DNA of 63,963 nucleotides, filler included, from Olpidium bornovanus S191 (Eukaryota > Fungi > Olpidiomycota): the NCBI GenBank assembly GCA_017911155.1. It is 26 parts of 26 records of this genome, joined end to end, with 100 filler letters (N's around TTAATTAATTAA, not from the genome) between each part and the next. Parts side by side here need not be neighbours in the genome. Positions count along the whole stretch, not along the records: positions 58,970 to 61,071 come from JAEFCI010000543.1; positions 61,172 to 62,686 come from JAEFCI010007178.1; positions 62,787 to 63,963 come from JAEFCI010009705.1; 23 more parts are not named here. One strand, written 5' to 3'. This document shows, piece by piece, positions 59,961 to 63,963 of this stretch; position 1 is the stretch's first letter, and each line of letters opens with the position of its first letter. The translations under genes and the position numbers were made by a program. The notes under the pieces were generated by a model. The model was given only the letters and a program-made list of their open reading frames with translations, was not told where the DNA came from and did no database searches.

Positions 59961-61176
59961 TCAAGTCTCTTTTCTATTGCGATGTCAGGTCCGAGCGGGT
60001 GCTACGGGTATGGTGACGAGGCTACCAAGTTAGGTGGTGGGTCCAAGGTCGGGGTGTCGGGGTCGGTGGGGAACGGAGCTACGGAACGGGGAGGACGCTA
60101 TTTATGCCTGTCGACCGAGCGGAGAGGCAGAACGACGGGAGAGCCCGTCCCTCGTACGCGTGGTCGCGGGCGCGGTCGCGGTTCCTCCCACACGGTCGTG
60201 GTTCCCACACGGGGTTCCGTGTTCGCGCTATTGCGAAGGCAGGTTTTCACGGTGGCGCAGGGCCTCCTTTTTGTGGGACGGTTTATGTTAAGAGTGGGCA
60301 ATTACGCGTTAAGAAAGAGAGGGAGAGAGAGCGGGAGGAAGGAGAGTCGGCTGCCTTTCGTGTGGGTTCGCACGCGTTTTTTTGGGGGGGGGGGAGAAGA
60401 GGCCTACGCGTAGTACAGAATTGCTCCGCGTCAACCAGCCTCTCACTCTTCTGCAATAATTGGAATTCTATGCTCGTTTTCTGGAAATTAATGCGCGGTT
60501 TCTGGTTTCCTCACAATTTCTCCCGTTTTCCCCTCGCACCCTTTGTTCCCCTTCACTACAGCCGCCCCCCCCGTGACTGATGAGCTTGTCTCGAAAGTCA
60601 CGGTCCACCACGTGACGAAGCTTGTGGTGGTTTCTCGCGGTATCTTTTTGGTTTTTGCTCCTCTGTTCTTTCTTAAACTCGCCGAACGCCACCCGCGACG
60701 CCGTCCTTCTCAATTCGTTTGCGAAGTCCTCTGCTTTCAAACACCTGTGTGCACAATGCCTTTTCGCAACCGTCGTCACAACGAAGCAACCCGACAGGTG
60801 TTCACCGCCTTCTGGAACCATCGTCTTCGAGACTTTCGCAGTCTTTCGCGACGGCTGCTGCCTGCGTCGCGCAACGACCTTCTCCCGAACGCGAAACGAC
60901 CCTTCGCGGCCGAATGATCTGCTTCGTGCACTTCTGTTGGCATTTTCCGGCCATGGGAGATGGCGGCGACATCGAAGTTTGCGTCGCCCTACTGCAGTAT
61001 GCCTGTTAAGCACGACGACAAGTTCGCAGTGCATTTCTCTCTAGTTCTGACTGCTTCTCTTCTCTGCAGACNNNNNNNNNNNNNNNNNNNNNNNNNNNNN
61101 NNNNNNNNNNNNNNNTTAATTAATTAANNNNNNNNNNNNNNNNNNNNNNNNNNNNNNNNNNNNNNNNNNNNGAATC

Positions 61177-61258
<82 letters not shown>

Positions 61259-62440
61259 CCTTCCTTTTGGCCGGGCCGGAGTGGGGCGGAAAAGGCCGAA
61301 AAAAGCGAAGGGCCGGTCCGCTGCGCCGCGCGCGATCTCTTGTTCCGTGCGAAGGAAGCCGGACGCGGGTGGAGAACGGGGCCGGGTTTCGTGGAAGGCG
61401 AGCTCGAAGCGAGGCGGGGTTTTGGCGGCGGCCGGGCTGCGGAACCTCCGGCGTCTCGAACGCGCGCGCGCGCGCGCGCCCGACGGGCAACCCGCCCGAG
61501 GCGCCCGGAAATCCCGCGGGCAAAACGGGCCGGGCTTCCGTCGTCGGCGGGTCGCCATGGCAACTTCCTGGCAACATCCCGAGGACCCCCCTATCCTCCC
61601 ACCCCCGAGCCGAACCCCCTGCCAGAATTCGGATGGAGTGGCAACCTCGTCCACTCCCGACCGCCCGCAGACGACCGGATAGTCTGGGCGCGCGCGCCGC
61701 GGCGGCCAGGCGTTCGGCGTGCAAGTCGCAAAAGCCCCGAATGAATTGACTTTTTATGCGCAGCCCCCCCCCCCCCCTTCTCCCCCTCCACACGTGAAGC
61801 GCCCCTGTGCGCAAATTCCCCAGCTGGTGAACAACCGCAACGGGTTTCTACCTCCCGCGGTGGCGCAACCCTCGTGTCTCCCGAAGAGCTCTGCGCCATG
61901 GGCCCCATGAGGTTGTGTGCGGCATACACACCGATCGTGCAAAAGCATCACGATTGGTCCAAAAACAAAAAACGCCTAAGAAATTAATTACAGAATCATT
62001 GTTTCCATGAGGAATGACCGTGTGCGGGAACAGTAAATGTCACCTGCCCACATTTCTCGCTGGTGCAGTAAAACTCGGGAACTCTCCGCGTTGTTCTGAG
62101 AGCACATGACGTGCAACTCCCCCGAGTCTATTAGCATTTCAGGCCTGCTGGACAGCGCGTGCCCGCGTGCGGGGTGCTGTACGATCCTCCTCCTCTGCGG
62201 CCGTTGTGCGGGAGGATTCTCCCGGGGAATTGATGCGGAGATGATGATGCTCTCGAGTTACCAGAAGCTGCTGTGGGAGGACCGTGTTCCCGCTCGACGT
62301 TTCTTCCGCTGGGGCGAAGGGTCCTTTGGACAGCGTCCTCTGGGGGAGGAGAAGAAGGTTGGAGGGGGTGTGTGTGAGTCCCGTTTTGCGGGGGAGAAAG
62401 CGGAGGGGGCAGGTTGGCGGGGGGGGGAGGGGATGTTTCG

Positions 62441-62510
62441 CCCTGCTCCGCCCTGCTCCGCCCTGCTCCGCCCTGCTCCGCCCTGCTCCGCCCTGCTCCG
62501 CCCTGCTCCG
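62441..62510 (+). repeat. 10-bp minisatellite (CCCTGCTCCG)x7
   Basis: Seven perfect copies. Confidence 0.97.
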
Positions 62511-62604
62511 CCCGCCCGCCCGGCCTGTGGGGGGCGCCCTCCTCCCTTTCCTCCCTCCCTTTTCCCTCCCTGCCTCCTCCTCCTCCTCCTCCTCCCCCTC
62601 CTCC

Positions 62605-62686
<82 letters not shown>

Positions 62687-62911
62687 NNNNNNNNNNNNNN
62701 NNNNNNNNNNNNNNNNNNNNNNNNNNNNNNTTAATTAATTAANNNNNNNNNNNNNNNNNNNNNNNNNNNNNNNNNNNNNNNNNNNNCATGGCATAAATTC
62801 GCCGATATTATGGCTACGGCGCCCCCACGCTGGCGCGCGCTATATGCACCGGGTCCTGGCCTGGCCTGGGCTTCCCTACGCAGCTAGACACACTGCGTGC
62901 GCAGGTATGCC

Positions 62912-63030
62912 GTCACGTGATCTGCGCAGCAGGCCCACTCGGTGTGGCCACTTGCCTTGGTGCAGGTGATGTCACGTGATTCTGCGCAGTGGGCGCACTC
63001 GGTGGGGCCGCTTGCCTTGGCGCAGATGAC
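62912..63030 (+). repeat. Imperfect ~60-bp tandem duplication
   Basis: GTCACGTGAT(T)CTGCGCAG...CACTCGGTG.GGCC.CTTGCCTTGG.GCAG.TGA twice. Confidence 0.85.
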
Positions 63031-63963
63031 ATTAGTTGTGGGGAGATTTCCGTTAGGGCAGGCGGAACAAGCAGCGCAAGGCGGGCTTATGGAGGGCGTC
63101 GACAAGGAAGGGCTCATTGATGAGCAGTGGGAATTTGCGCCAGTAAAGATGGAAGGGGCTAACTGTGCTCCGGCGTGCGCCGAGGCTAGGGCCGCCCGGT
63201 GTGGGCAAGAACGGCTCTGCTTGTCCCAAAGGCAGTCTCTTTCGATGACCGCTGGGGTGCTAAGGCCGGGTGTCTGTTTTCCTCTTCTTCTCCCTTTCTC
63301 CTTTCTCTTCTTTCTATGCCTCGGCGGCTACTCTGAACGGGGCCGAATACACTGAACTATTCTCTGAGAACACTCACCTCGGCGGCGAGGTAGATGGGGG
63401 TTCCGAACGTCGTATTTCTATGTTCTAAAACTATGTCTCGCCTCGGCGGCGACGGGGTTCTCCTGGGCGGAGAGTGGGTGATGCAGGTTTGATTTTTTTT
63501 TGGATATGGCGTCGGGAATTCGCGTTCGAGCCGGGGGGTGGGGCTTTACGCGTAGTCTACTTTAATTACAGAACCCTCGGCCGCGACGCGTCATCCTCCC
63601 CTTGCCGCAGTGCTTGTGTTACCCATCGAAGTACCTCTGCTCACGCCGGGTACTCTCGGTGCTCTCTCCAATAATTGGCACCAGTCGGAGGAGTGACTTG
63701 GAGTATTGGAGAATGCACTCCCACTCCGGAGCGGGTTGACGGCACCGCCGAGCCCGGGCTTGGTCCCCCTTCCTTCCCAGCGCGCCTCCACCGTCGGCAG
63801 GGCCTCCCCCTGGGGCTTGGCTCGATTTTCCTTCCACACTGGCGTGGTACTTCCACGAGGAAGCGAGTAAATTCGACGAGTTAGCAGGAAGGGGAGACGA
63901 AATGCCAAGTAGAGGCTGTTGGCGACGGGGGGAATGACGCGCCGAGTGGGCGGCGCAATTCAA

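Noticed and set aside
60468-61034. Possible copia gag zinc-knuckle/protease remnant
   Set aside because: Motifs not recoverable in a single frame.
61800-61915. SRGGATLVSPEEL resembling Vps36
   Set aside because: Too short, and neighbouring exons do not support it.
63319-63450. CCTCGGCGGC three times at ~60-bp spacing
   Set aside because: Probably a decayed tandem repeat or LTR interior; no boundaries identifiable.

Overview
This window is not one locus. It is a pseudo-scaffold of 26 short unrelated contigs (about 1.2-4.1 kb each) joined by 25 identical 100-nt linkers (44 N + TTAATTAATTAA + 44 N), so adjacency across linkers has no biological meaning. Most contigs come from a GC-rich, intron-containing fungus-like eukaryote with long homopolymer tracts. 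An LRRC71-like gene suggests a flagellated (zoosporic) lineage; an Olpidium-like organism is my inference, not shown by the sequence. Recognisable genes, mostly partial: Sec14/CRAL-TRIO (SFH5-like), HEM3, a GPI-anchored protein, bystin/ENP1, thioredoxin-SHP-UBX, ABD1 cap methyltransferase, a nucleotide-sugar-transporter::DUF5672 fusion, a CobW-type GTPase, a delta-12 desaturase, an LRRC71-like protein, a STRAD-like pseudokinase, an Rbx1/Apc11-type RING-H2 exon, a Vtc1/DUF202-like protein, an Nvj2-like PH protein and DED1. There are also degenerate Ty3/gypsy, Ty1/copia and pogo-type fragments. One contig (37144-38831) is bacterial and chimeric at a CATG. It carries short same-strand genes separated by a conserved ~30-bp palindromic repeat, i.e. 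a cassette-like array. Best candidates for something new: that array, the transporter-glycosyltransferase-like fusion (which needs a 5-nt micro-exon), a 788-aa coiled-coil / Arg-Ala repeat / ubiquitin-like protein, the Trx-SHP-UBX protein, a Pezizomycotina-type FAD2 and a perfect 47-bp-arm hairpin. All family assignments are from motif recognition by eye; no database searches were run.
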